A stretch of DNA of 55,278 nucleotides, taken from Candidatus Bathyarchaeota archaeon B26-2. GTDB lineage: Archaea > Thermoproteota > Bathyarchaeia > Bathyarchaeales > B26-1. Below are positions 19,008 to 27,847 of this stretch, piece after piece. The position numbers and the translations under genes were made by a program. The stretch's first letter is position 1. Each line of letters starts with the position of its first letter. The stretch spans positions 1 to 55,278 of the forward strand of contig LUCE01000007.1 of assembly GCA_001593935.1 (NCBI GenBank). The letters are read 5' to 3'. The notes below the pieces were generated by a model, which worked only from the letters and a program-made list of their open reading frames with translations, was not told the DNA's origin and did not search any database.

Positions 19008-19184
19008 GAAGGATTCATCCAACGCTTAACCCCGAAATCCCCTTTCCACCAAGATTGGTGTACCATTATCAGTATAGCCATCTCTAACCAGCGCCAAATT
19101 CTTCTAAACATACTTACAAGATGCTAAAAGAAGGAACCCTCCACCCTAAAATAGGGGAACCTCACTAAGAGTAAGAGGTTACAT

Positions 19185-20531
19185 GTGGTGGTTACGTTGG
19201 GCGGTAACCATGATCTTCCAAGTCTCCCCGGCTACAAGGGTGAAGCCTTGAAGATTCTCAGAGAAGCCGAAGCCCAAGCCGGGGACTTGATCCGGATATT
19301 CAAGGATGGAACCTCCTACGAGGGGGTTCTCATGCCTAGATCGGAGTACGGGGATGAGAGGCACATAGTGATCAAGATAAGGTCGGGTTACAACATAGGT
19401 GTGAGGGTGACCGCTGACACCCGGGTTGAGAAGGTTGGAGCCGGGGCTAAGGTCACCTTCAAGCCGCCTCCGCCTCCCAAGCAGAGGCCTAACCTGCCGA
19501 GGGTGTCCATACTCAGCACGGGTGGAACGATAGCTAGCCGCGTCGATTATAGAACCGGAGCCGTCCGCCCAGCAATCTCCGCTGAAGACCTGTACAGCAT
19601 AGTTCCAGAGCTCTCAGACATCGCGGTGATAGAGACCGAGGTCATCTTCAGCCTCTTCAGCGAGGACCTAACACCGAAACACTGGACTAGGATAGCTGAG
19701 ACAGTAGCCAAACGTATAGGAGAAGGTGTTGACGGAGTCGTCATAACCCACGGAACCGACACGATGGCTTATACGGCGGCAGCTCTGAGCTTCGCGTTGC
19801 AGGACCTACCCGTCCCAGTCGTCCTCGTCGGGGCTCAACGCTCAGAGGATCGGCCGAGCTCCGATGCGGCGTTGAACCTTATCGGCGCGGTCTCAGCTGC
19901 TGCTGAGGCGCCCTTCGCCGAGGTTGTGGTTGCGATGCATGAGACCGTCTCGGATAACGCCGTTGCCTTCCACAGAGGGACGAAGGTAAGGAAGTGCCAC
20001 ACAAGCCGCCGGGACGCCTTCAAGTCGGTCAATGTGAATCCCTTAGCCCGCTTGGCGGATGGTCAACTCACCATGCTGACCGAGGATTACAGGAAGAGAG
20101 ACCATGATCGGGAGCTGACCCTAAAACCAAACTTTGACGAAAGGGTTGCCCTCATCAAGTTCTATCCTGGAATGAACCCGCGCCTCATCGACCTCTACGT
20201 CGACCTCGGTTATAGGGGACTTATACTCGAAGGGACGGGCCTAGGCCACGTCGGGAGAAAGTGTTTTCCCTCCATTCGGAAAGCCGTGGAACGCGGCCTA
20301 ATAGTTGCGATGGCCTCACAGTGCATCTGGGGCCGAGTCAACATGAACGTTTACACAAACGGGAGAGACCTCTTGGCGTTGGGTGTAATCCCCCTCGGAG
20401 ATATGCTCGCTGAGACGGCTCTTGTCAAGTTGATGTGGGCTCTAGGGGAGACCGACGACCCTGAAGAGGCAAAGGCCCTCCTGAGGACGAATATGGCAGG
20501 AGAAGTCTCAGCTAGGAGCATCTACATCTGA
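19185..20531 (+). CDS. gatD: Glu-tRNA(Gln) amidotransferase subunit D
   Basis: 448 aa with an N-terminal GatD-specific domain and an asparaginase domain (ILSTGGTIAS, THGTDTM). GTG start. Confidence 0.9.
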   Translation: MVVTLGGNHDLPSLPGYKGEALKILREAEAQAGDLIRIFKDGTSYEGVLMPRSEYGDERHIVIKIRSGYNIGVRVTADTRVEKVGAGAKVTFKPPPPPKQRPNLPRVSILSTGGTIASRVDYRTGAVRPAISAEDLYSIVPELSDIAVIETEVIFSLFSEDLTPKHWTRIAETVAKRIGEGVDGVVITHGTDTMAYTAAALSFALQDLPVPVVLVGAQRSEDRPSSDAALNLIGAVSAAAEAPFAEVVVAMHETVSDNAVAFHRGTKVRKCHTSRRDAFKSVNVNPLARLADGQLTMLTEDYRKRDHDRELTLKPNFDERVALIKFYPGMNPRLIDLYVDLGYRGLILEGTGLGHVGRKCFPSIRKAVERGLIVAMASQCIWGRVNMNVYTNGRDLLALGVIPLGDMLAETALVKLMWALGETDDPEEAKALLRTNMAGEVSARSIYI

Positions 20532-20539
20532 AGAGAAAG

Positions 20540-22462
20540 GTGAACACTATGTCTAAACAGTTAAATTACTCCAAGATCGGGCTTCTCGTCGGGCTTGAGT
20601 GCCACCAGCAGCTCGCCACGCGGACGAAACTCTTCTGCTCATGCAAGCCGAGACTCTTCAAGGGCGAACCCAAGGTAACATTCCTCAGGAGGCTGAGGCC
20701 GACTCAGAGCGAACTCGGCCAAGTCGACCCAGCTGCGTACTTCGAGTTCAAGAAGGGCGTAAGGATACTCTACGAGGCAGACAATGAGACCTCTTGCCTC
20801 GTGGAGATGGATGAGGAACCTCCTCATCCCTTGAACCCGGAGGCCCTCGAGGTTGCGTTGACCGTAGCCCTGATGATGAATGCCAAACCTGTCGATGAGA
20901 TTCATGTTATGCGTAAGACCGTTATAGACGGCTCCAACACCACGGGTTTCCAGAGGACGTGTGTCGTGGCCCTAAACGGTTCCATAGAGGTCGAGGGTAA
21001 GGCTGTCCCCATAGAGCACATAAGCCTAGAGGAGGACGCTGCTAGGAAGACAGGGGCTGAGGGCTTCGAGATACGTTATAGGATAGATAGGCTCGGGATA
21101 CCCCTCATAGAGGTTACGACGGGCCCGGTCATCCAGTCTCCCAGAGAAGCCCAGAGGGTAGCCCTCGCCATCGGAAGAATCTTGAGGGCGACGAAGAAGG
21201 TGAGGAGGGGCATAGGAACTATCCGCCAAGACCTAAACATATCTATCCGGGACGGCGCCCTCATAGAGATAAAAGGCGTCCAAGAACTCGAGCTCATCTC
21301 AAAGGTCGTCGAATACGAGGCTAAAAGGCAGCTCGGCCTCCTCGAGATAAGGGACGAACTGAAGAAGAGAGGGGTCACAGAGGACGAAATCCGCGGAGAG
21401 TTCCACAACGCCACGGAGCTCTTCAAGAAGACGAAGTGCCGCGTTCTCCGGAAAGCCATAAACCAAGGAAAACGCGTCTTGGCTGTTAAGCTACCCAAAT
21501 TCTCCGGGCTCTTGGGTCGAGAGATCGCGCCGGGCATGAGGCTTGGGAGGGAGATGGCGGATAGAGCTCGGTTCTGGGGCAGGGTTGGGGGAATCTTCCA
21601 CACCGATGAGCTCCCTGCGTACGGCGTGACGGAGGGCGAGGTTGACCGGCTTAAACGGCTACTGAAGGCCGGGCCTGAAGACGCTGTTGTCTTCGTCGCC
21701 GACACCTTGGAGAACGCGGCCGACGCCTTGAGAGCCGTTGTGGAGAGAGCGAAAGAGGCCTTAAGAGGCGTCCCAGAGGAGACGCGTGCCGCCAACCCGG
21801 ACGGAACCACACGTTACATGAGGCCGAGGCCTGGAGCCGCCCGAATGTATCCGGAGACGGATATACCCCCAATACAGATCACGGAGGAGTACCTCCAAGA
21901 ATTGGCTTCTAGGCTTCCCGAGCTCCCAGAAGAGGCTGTGAAACGCCTCATGGTGGAGTACGACCTCAACGAGAAACTCGCGAAGCAGCTCGTGGACTCA
22001 GAGTATCTAGGCCTCTTTGAGGATACCGTTAGAAAGGCTCAAAGGGTCTCTCCAACGGTTGTGGCAGCAACCCTCACCGAGACCTTGAAGGCCTTGAGGA
22101 GGGACGGTGTTGATGTCGAGGAGGTCTCGGACGAGCAGATTCTAGAGGTCTTTAGACTGGTCGACTCCGGTAGGACAACAAAAGAAGCCATACCGGAGAT
22201 CATAACTTGGCTGGCTGAGCATAAGGATGGAACCGTGGAGGAAGCAGTGAAAGAGTTGGGGTTAACCGTGATCTCTGGAGATGAACTTCGGTCCTTGGTG
22301 GATCGGGTCGTTTATGAGAACGAAGCCGTTGTTAAGGAGAGGGGTGAGGGTGCCTTCGGCTTCCTGATGGGAGTGATCATGAAGAGGTATAGGGGGCGCT
22401 TGGACGCTAAGGTTGTGAGCGAACTTCTTAAAGAGAGGCTGAAGAGTCTGTACAGAGGGTGA
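20540..22462 (+). CDS. gatE: Glu-tRNA(Gln) amidotransferase subunit E
   Basis: 640 aa containing GLECHQQL..KLFCSC. It is GatB-like with the archaeal insertion and sits immediately after gatD. Confidence 0.9.
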   Translation: MNTMSKQLNYSKIGLLVGLECHQQLATRTKLFCSCKPRLFKGEPKVTFLRRLRPTQSELGQVDPAAYFEFKKGVRILYEADNETSCLVEMDEEPPHPLNPEALEVALTVALMMNAKPVDEIHVMRKTVIDGSNTTGFQRTCVVALNGSIEVEGKAVPIEHISLEEDAARKTGAEGFEIRYRIDRLGIPLIEVTTGPVIQSPREAQRVALAIGRILRATKKVRRGIGTIRQDLNISIRDGALIEIKGVQELELISKVVEYEAKRQLGLLEIRDELKKRGVTEDEIRGEFHNATELFKKTKCRVLRKAINQGKRVLAVKLPKFSGLLGREIAPGMRLGREMADRARFWGRVGGIFHTDELPAYGVTEGEVDRLKRLLKAGPEDAVVFVADTLENAADALRAVVERAKEALRGVPEETRAANPDGTTRYMRPRPGAARMYPETDIPPIQITEEYLQELASRLPELPEEAVKRLMVEYDLNEKLAKQLVDSEYLGLFEDTVRKAQRVSPTVVAATLTETLKALRRDGVDVEEVSDEQILEVFRLVDSGRTTKEAIPEIITWLAEHKDGTVEEAVKELGLTVISGDELRSLVDRVVYENEAVVKERGEGAFGFLMGVIMKRYRGRLDAKVVSELLKERLKSLYRG

Positions 22463-22586
22463 TTTTGGCGAGAAGCCTTTGGGGAACATTTATCCTGCCA
22501 AGCCAAAGTAAACCTAAAAGTGTAAAGACGATTACGTTACTGTAGCCTAATTTCACGTACCGTTTGAGGCTTGGGGAGAACGCGAG

Positions 22587-23045
22587 GTGACTAAACGGTT
22601 ACTGATCGTATATTATACCGGGAGTGGTAACACGAAGAGGATGGCTGAAGAGATCAGTAGAGGCGCCGAGCAGCTTGGAGTCGCCGTTGAGGTCAAAAGG
22701 GTTGAGGAGTGTACTCTTGAAGATTTGGCTGGAGCCGATGGGATCGTGATAGGTTCTCCCACATACTTCAGCAACGTTGCTTGGCAGGTGAAGAAGCTCA
22801 TCGACGAGTCGATAACCCTCTACAGAGGGCGTCAACTAAAGGGTAAGATTGGCGGATGCTTCACATCTTCGGGAACGCGCAGAGACGGCGAAGACTGCGT
22901 TAGGATGCTTGAGTTAGCGTTCGGCTTCCATCACGGAGTGAAGATTGTTCCCGGAATAGTGAGAACGTCGAGAGATGGGGAGAAAGAAGTCTCCGAGATG
23001 TGTCAGCGGTACGGAATGGAGATCGCCAAGGAACTTCTGTCATAA
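22587..23045 (+). CDS. flavodoxin-like fold protein (WrbA/NAD(P)H dehydrogenase-like)
   Basis: 152 aa with LIVYYTGSGNTKRMAE and GSPTYF. GTG start. Confidence 0.7.
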   Translation: MTKRLLIVYYTGSGNTKRMAEEISRGAEQLGVAVEVKRVEECTLEDLAGADGIVIGSPTYFSNVAWQVKKLIDESITLYRGRQLKGKIGGCFTSSGTRRDGEDCVRMLELAFGFHHGVKIVPGIVRTSRDGEKEVSEMCQRYGMEIAKELLS

Positions 23046-23231
23046 GGGTAATGCTTGTTAACTCATGGAACATGCTTCCTTGTTGAAACAACCATGTGGC
23101 AACGGTCACCGTGACATAAATCAAAAATAACGGCGGGCCTAATATACTTATAAACTGTTAGGTAGAAAAGATATTACTGCTATGTGGATGGTGGACAAGC
23201 CATCCTTCTGTAACGCAGGAGAACCTAGTGT

Positions 23232-23711
23232 ATGGGGAGCATCAGAGCCCAGATCAAGACGTCTTTCGGCGAGATCGTGGTTGAAGGAGAGACCGCTGAG
23301 GAGGTTCTCACGATTCTAAAGACCTTGCCGAAGGAGTTTGTGAGCGAGATTGAGACATTGGTGTCCGTGAAGGTCTCCCTCTCGAGAGGAGCTAACCTCG
23401 TAGGCGTGATCGAGTATACTGAGGACGGCCCCATAATAACCTCGGGGATAACGTCGAAGGCTAAACTCACCCACTACGAGGCTATCGGCCTAATTCTCTA
23501 CGCGTCTGAGATGCGGGTCAACACTTCTACTAAGATAAGGAGGCTGCTGGAACACAGCGGGATAAGGTCCCAAGTCTCATCCCGGCTAAACGAGATGTCG
23601 AAGCGAGGCCTCGTCTATAAGCCAAACCTCTCCGGATCGGACTGGAGGCTGACGGCTGAAGGGGAGAGATGGATAAGAGAGAAAGTTCTCCCCAAGTTGA
23701 CGGAGAGTTAA
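23232..23711 (+). CDS. uncharacterised paralog 1 of a four-member family (N-terminal beta-beta-alpha module + EGPxIT + C-terminal winged helix)
   Basis: 159 aa. IKTSFGEIVVEGETAEEVL, EDGPIIT, EAIGLILY, RLNEMSKRGLV and WRLTAEGERW all align with ORFs 24548, 25036 and 25553. Confidence 0.7.
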   Translation: MGSIRAQIKTSFGEIVVEGETAEEVLTILKTLPKEFVSEIETLVSVKVSLSRGANLVGVIEYTEDGPIITSGITSKAKLTHYEAIGLILYASEMRVNTSTKIRRLLEHSGIRSQVSSRLNEMSKRGLVYKPNLSGSDWRLTAEGERWIREKVLPKLTES

Positions 23712-23726
23712 CGGTCCTCACACTCT

Positions 23727-24419
23727 CTAATCCTTCTCTTCACTATACTCGTCGTAAGCCTTGAGAACGGCCTTTATATACTCCTTCAGCCTCTCCGGGG
23801 GGGTTTCGGGGCTTATAGCCAGATTTATGGAGAGGCTGAGCCCTGTAGTCGGCCTCTCAATCAGCTTAGCCACGGTCTTCCTCCGAGCTCTCTCGCCGGG
23901 TTTAGCCCTCCTCACGGGGGCGGTAGCCCTCGGCTTAACGGTGATCTCTTCGAGCTTGAAGGCGTAGGCGAGCATATCCAAGAAGGCGTTGAGCCCAACC
24001 TTGTCAGCCCTCAAGTCTCCGAGGGTTCCGGGCAACTCAACGAGGAGCGCTCTTCTGTCCATACCTTCACGGTTAATCCGCTCCACGAGCCTCGTGATAA
24101 CCTCTTCCTTCTCGAGTATTCTCCTCAGCAGCTGTCTCGTGTGGTCTCCATTTGGGTCTATCCGGTAGGCTGAGGCGAACTCCGCGGCCTCCGGGGTCAG
24201 CCGGTACTTCCCAGATTCCTTCTCACTCTCCTCCACGAACCCCCAGCTCTTGAAGAAGTTGTTGTTCCGACTTATGTTGTGGAGAGTTACCTCCGTCTTA
24301 TCCGTGACCTCACTCAAGCCAACGTAGTTCCGTTCGGCACCAGCATTCAAGTAGGCGACGAGCACACTACATATCTTCGAGAAGCTCAGACGCCTAGGGA
24401 AGAACTTGGCCTCGCTCAT
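23727..24419 (-). CDS. uncharacterised wHTH-like protein with a basic linker and acidic C-terminus, divergent from the paralog operon
   Basis: 230 aa. It has an N-terminal wH-like segment (GLSEVTDKTEVTLHNISRNNNFFKSWGFVEE..GKYRLTPEA) and a basic stretch (RRAKPGERARRKTVAK). It shares the repeat-bearing intergenic region with 24548. Confidence 0.65.
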   Translation of the reverse strand: MSEAKFFPRRLSFSKICSVLVAYLNAGAERNYVGLSEVTDKTEVTLHNISRNNNFFKSWGFVEESEKESGKYRLTPEAAEFASAYRIDPNGDHTRQLLRRILEKEEVITRLVERINREGMDRRALLVELPGTLGDLRADKVGLNAFLDMLAYAFKLEEITVKPRATAPVRRAKPGERARRKTVAKLIERPTTGLSLSINLAISPETPPERLKEYIKAVLKAYDEYSEEKD

Positions 24420-24457
24420 ACCCCAAACTTCCTTCAGAGTAAACTATGACCGCTTCG

Positions 24458-24473
24458 CTTATTAATTTATTTT
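24458..24473 (-). promoter_or_regulatory. TATA-like element for the 23727..24419 gene
   Basis: The minus strand reads aaaataaattaataag, about 40 nt upstream of the ATG at 24419. Confidence 0.35.
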
Positions 24474-24502
24474 ACGTCAAATTTACGTAAAATTTACGTA
24501 AA
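24470..24502. promoter_or_regulatory. candidate operator: three direct repeats phased at 11 bp, each with a (near-)palindromic TTACGTAA core
   Basis: The units are TTTTACGTCAA / ATTTACGTAAA / ATTTACGTAAA, with TTTACGT starting at 24471, 24482 and 24493. They lie between the two divergent TATA-like boxes. Confidence 0.55.
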
Positions 24503-24520
24503 AGTTTTAAGGAGACCGAC

Positions 24521-24533
24521 GCATATTATAAGG
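24521..24533 (+). promoter_or_regulatory. TATA-like element for the 24548-26053 operon (near-leaderless)
   Basis: gcatattataagg ends 15 nt before the ATG at 24548. Confidence 0.4.
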
Positions 24534-24547
24534 CTGAGCGTATCTTC

Positions 24548-25021
24548 ATGAAGGTCCGCGTCGTCATCAAGAGGCCCTTCGGGAACATTGAGCTAGAAGG
24601 TGAGAGCCTCGACGAGATCGTTGAAGGCTTACAGTCTTTCCCAGAGTGGCTTGATGTGATCGACCGGCTTGTCCTCAGCGCTACACCTCAAGAGGAGACC
24701 TCAAGCGTTGAAGAGCTCCTGCGTGGAGTAGTTGTGATCTCGAAAGAGGGGCCCCTAATAACGCTTTCGAGGGAGAAGATCAGCGACAAGGAGGCGATAG
24801 GATTAATCCTCTACGTTGGGGAGCCTAAGGCTTTTGAACCTAAGGAGGTTGGGAGGCTCCTAGAGTTGAGTGGGAGGCCTTCAAGTGGCTTCGGAGCCCG
24901 GTTAAGCGAGATGAGGAGGGAGGGCCTAGTGATAAAGGAGGACGGCGCCTACAGACTCTCAATAATTGGAAGAAGATGGGTTGAGGACCTTGTGAAGAGG
25001 CTGAGGAAAAGTGAAGTTTAG
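24548..25021 (+). CDS. uncharacterised paralog 2 (same family as 23232)
   Basis: 157 aa with IKRPFGNIELEGESLDEIV, KEGPLIT, EAIGLILY, RLSEMRREGLV and YRLSIIGRRW. Confidence 0.7.
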   Translation: MKVRVVIKRPFGNIELEGESLDEIVEGLQSFPEWLDVIDRLVLSATPQEETSSVEELLRGVVVISKEGPLITLSREKISDKEAIGLILYVGEPKAFEPKEVGRLLELSGRPSSGFGARLSEMRREGLVIKEDGAYRLSIIGRRWVEDLVKRLRKSEV

Positions 25022-25035
25022 GAGGGAATTAAGCC

Positions 25036-25533
25036 GTGGAAGAGGATGGACTTGAACTCTCAGTTAGATATAAGGACATGGAGGTTAAGTTTTCAGGAAC
25101 CCCAGAAGACGTCATACGCTCCCTCTTCAGCTTCCTGAGCAAGATTCTGCCGGCCTACGACCTCGCATCCAACCTCGTCTTAACGGTAGACTTAGAGAAG
25201 CTGCTGAGGAGCGTCACAGGCATAATAGCCCTAACACCGGAGGGACCCGTGATAACTGTACCGAGGGAGAAGCTCGGCGGGGAGAAGAACGTCATAATTC
25301 TACACCTATTGAAGGCCTATATTGGATACCAGACTGGTAGGCTTGAGAAGGAATCGCTCTCGACAGCCGAGATACTCTCCTTGACGGGTGGTAAGGCAGG
25401 CACTGTCGCAGCTCGCCTCAGCGAACTAACAAGCCTAGGCTGGGTTGAGAGGGTTGGTAGGGGCGAATACAGGATAACCACGCTTGGAGTTAACTCCTTC
25501 CTGGAGGATGTTCTTCCGAAAATAAAGCCTTAA
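25036..25533 (+). CDS. uncharacterised paralog 3 (same family, sub-pair with 25553)
   Basis: 165 aa with a GTG start preceded by GGAGGG. Contains MEVKFSGTPEDVI, GIIALTPEGPVIT, RLSELTSLGWVER and YRITTLG. Confidence 0.7.
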   Translation: MEEDGLELSVRYKDMEVKFSGTPEDVIRSLFSFLSKILPAYDLASNLVLTVDLEKLLRSVTGIIALTPEGPVITVPREKLGGEKNVIILHLLKAYIGYQTGRLEKESLSTAEILSLTGGKAGTVAARLSELTSLGWVERVGRGEYRITTLGVNSFLEDVLPKIKP

Positions 25534-25552
25534 ACATCGAGAGGAGTGTTTT

Positions 25553-26053
25553 ATGAGCGGCGTAAGCGGTGAGAAGAGGCTGAGGGTTCAGCTAGAATTT
25601 GGGGATGCCAAGGCGACTTTCGAGGGAGACGCCGACGAAGTCTTCAAGGCTTTAACCAGATTCTTAACCCAGATCTACCCGAACCTAGAAGTCGCCATGA
25701 AGATCACTTACATCCCTGACCTCACGAGGCTAGCCGAGGGGCTCGCCGGCATAATAGAGTTGACGCCAGATGGGCCCATATTCACCTCTGACATTCAACT
25801 CTCGGCTAAAGAGAAGATATGTTTAGCCCTTCTAGGCGCCCATGTCGGCGAGAGGCTAGGCAAGCTGAGTAAGGGTTCACTCTCCCCGAGTGAACTCTCG
25901 AGAATCACGGGAAAGGCTAGGAAGACTATCTCGAACGAACTACCCAAGCTCGTTGCTGGAGGGCTCGTCGAGAGGACCTCTGAAGGTGAATGCCAGATAA
26001 CAATCCTTGGAATCAGGGAGACCGAGAACATAATAAAGGAGTATAAAGGCTGA
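25553..26053 (+). CDS. uncharacterised paralog 4 (same family, sub-pair with 25036)
   Basis: 166 aa preceded by GAGGAG. Contains AKATFEGDADEVF, GIIELTPDGPIFT, LPKLVAGGLVER and CQITILG. Confidence 0.7.
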   Translation: MSGVSGEKRLRVQLEFGDAKATFEGDADEVFKALTRFLTQIYPNLEVAMKITYIPDLTRLAEGLAGIIELTPDGPIFTSDIQLSAKEKICLALLGAHVGERLGKLSKGSLSPSELSRITGKARKTISNELPKLVAGGLVERTSEGECQITILGIRETENIIKEYKG

Positions 26054-26218
26054 GAGACTGTCCGTTCAAGTTCTCCCACAGTCTTCCATATGATTCGCTA
26101 CCTATTTTTTGGAGAAACATCAGCTTAGATTTTAGACGTATGGAATAAAATTATTAGTGAAACTGTTAGGGACAATGACGTAGACTTTCCGACAGTTGCG
26201 AATCTCGCTCCTAAGAAT

Positions 26219-27721
26219 CTAACTTAATGTAGGTGTGCTGGAGAATAGGAGGGATAGTGCTCCAGCCATTATTAGATACAGGAGGGATGTGAACACATTC
26301 CTCCTTATGAGTGTTCCTTCCTCGCCTTTCATATCTAGGGAAGCGACTATGACTATTGCGTTTAGGGGGCTCAGCACCTCGCCGGCCATGCTCCCTACGT
26401 TCTGTGTAGCAGCCATCACTCTCTTGGAGATTCCAAGTCTCTCGGCAACCTCTACTTGGAAGGCTCCGAAGAAGATGTTTGATGCACTTGTGCTTCCCGT
26501 AACTACGCATCCCAACATCCCAACCACCGGCGAGACCAGCGGATAGTAGGTTCCCGCCAAGAACGCTACAGCCTCAGCCATGGTTGAGGTCATACCGAAG
26601 GTCTTCATAACCTCCGCCATCGCCACAAAGGAGGATGTCGAGATCAGCAAAGGTATTATCTGTCCTGCAGACAACTTTAGAACCTCCTTCATAAGGCTGA
26701 GTTGAACATTTAAGATGAGCGCGCAGATTATTGTAGCCACGATCATCAAGGTTCCGGGACTGTAAAGATACTGGAAGGTAACCCTCTGACCCGTTGGGAA
26801 GTAGAGTTTGATTGAGAGTTGCTGTGAGGTCAGAAGGCTCCTCAACGGAGGGGTTAACCTTGTCGTTAGGATCAGCGCAGCCATCACTAGGAACGGGAGG
26901 ACCGCCTCAGCGTTTATGTTGAAGGATCTGCCCTCCTTCAGTCGCATCCATAAGGCACAGGGTATTATGGCTGCCGCACCGGCCAGCAGGTTTGGCAACT
27001 CCGGACCGAGGTAGGTTGCCACCAAGATCGCCACCGTCCCATAGGTTAAACCTGTTAGGAGGGCGGGGACCACGACTTGGAGAGGCCTCCTCCTATCGTA
27101 TAGGAGTACCATCCACAGAGGAGCCGTAATGACGAAAGGAAACATCATCAGAGCCGTGGTTCCTGATATGGAGGAGAGTTCTAAACCCGTCACGTAAGAT
27201 ATTGAGTAAATCGAGATTCCTAAGAGCCCGTAGGGCGACTGAATGCCGTTCCCAAACATCCCAACCACAGAGGCTGAAGCCGGATCTACTCCGGCGGCTA
27301 TGAGAATCGAGCTTGAGATGGCGAAGTTTGAGCCTCCGGGGGCTATAGTCCCTAATAAGAGGGCGAAGGAGAACCCGACGAGGATTATGTCAAGCCTCTT
27401 GTCGCCTCCCTTCCCAACGAACATTCCTTTCACATGCTCCATAATCTTCGAGACTTTTAGGAAGTTCAGAAAGAAGAAGGCTCCAAAGATGCTCCAACAG
27501 AAGACGACGACGACCCACGCCACCCCAGCTAAACTTGCACTCAATAAACCGTCAATAGGAGCGTTCCAGAATAGATGAGCAAGCGTCAAACCCGCAATTA
27601 ACCCTATAGGACCCATCTGCTTTCCAGGCCTCTTCAGACCAGCCAAACCGACAAATATTATCATAAGCGGAACCGTTGCAACTAGGGCCCTAGCAAACAC
27701 ATCGAACATCTCAGCCATCAC
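26219..27721 (-). CDS. L-lactate permease (LctP family)
   Basis: 500 aa, polytopic. The C-terminal region ..PVVGMLGCVVTGSTSASNIFFGAFQ..AATQNVGSMAGEVLSPLNI.. parallels E. coli LldP (GWLGVFLTGSDTSSNALF..ANTTGGVTGKMISPQSI). Confidence 0.7.
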   Translation of the reverse strand: MMAEMFDVFARALVATVPLMIIFVGLAGLKRPGKQMGPIGLIAGLTLAHLFWNAPIDGLLSASLAGVAWVVVVFCWSIFGAFFFLNFLKVSKIMEHVKGMFVGKGGDKRLDIILVGFSFALLLGTIAPGGSNFAISSSILIAAGVDPASASVVGMFGNGIQSPYGLLGISIYSISYVTGLELSSISGTTALMMFPFVITAPLWMVLLYDRRRPLQVVVPALLTGLTYGTVAILVATYLGPELPNLLAGAAAIIPCALWMRLKEGRSFNINAEAVLPFLVMAALILTTRLTPPLRSLLTSQQLSIKLYFPTGQRVTFQYLYSPGTLMIVATIICALILNVQLSLMKEVLKLSAGQIIPLLISTSSFVAMAEVMKTFGMTSTMAEAVAFLAGTYYPLVSPVVGMLGCVVTGSTSASNIFFGAFQVEVAERLGISKRVMAATQNVGSMAGEVLSPLNAIVIVASLDMKGEEGTLIRRNVFTSLLYLIMAGALSLLFSSTPTLS

Positions 27722-27847
27722 CGAGAAGATGCTATACCAGTAACCAGAATTGAGACATTAAACTTTCGGCAGCCCATCTGTTCTATTGAGTTCGGTTCAC
27801 CTAGAAGGCTGCGCTCTTCTAATGGATAAATAGGGAGCCGTCCATGA

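Noticed and set aside
21076-21810. 244-aa minus-strand ORF, and similar long antisense ORFs at 15748-16245, 17584-18126, 34102-34689, 37092-37655 and 14201-14635
   Set aside because: All lie opposite strongly supported genes (gatE, NAD-kinase-like, kbl, radical SAM, dtdA/argF, nadE). They have low-complexity S/P/R/L-rich sequences.
24470-24502. Tandem 11-bp repeats as a CRISPR array or other repeat element
   Set aside because: There are only three contiguous units with no spacers, and 11 bp is far shorter than CRISPR repeats. Their position between divergent TATA boxes fits an operator instead.
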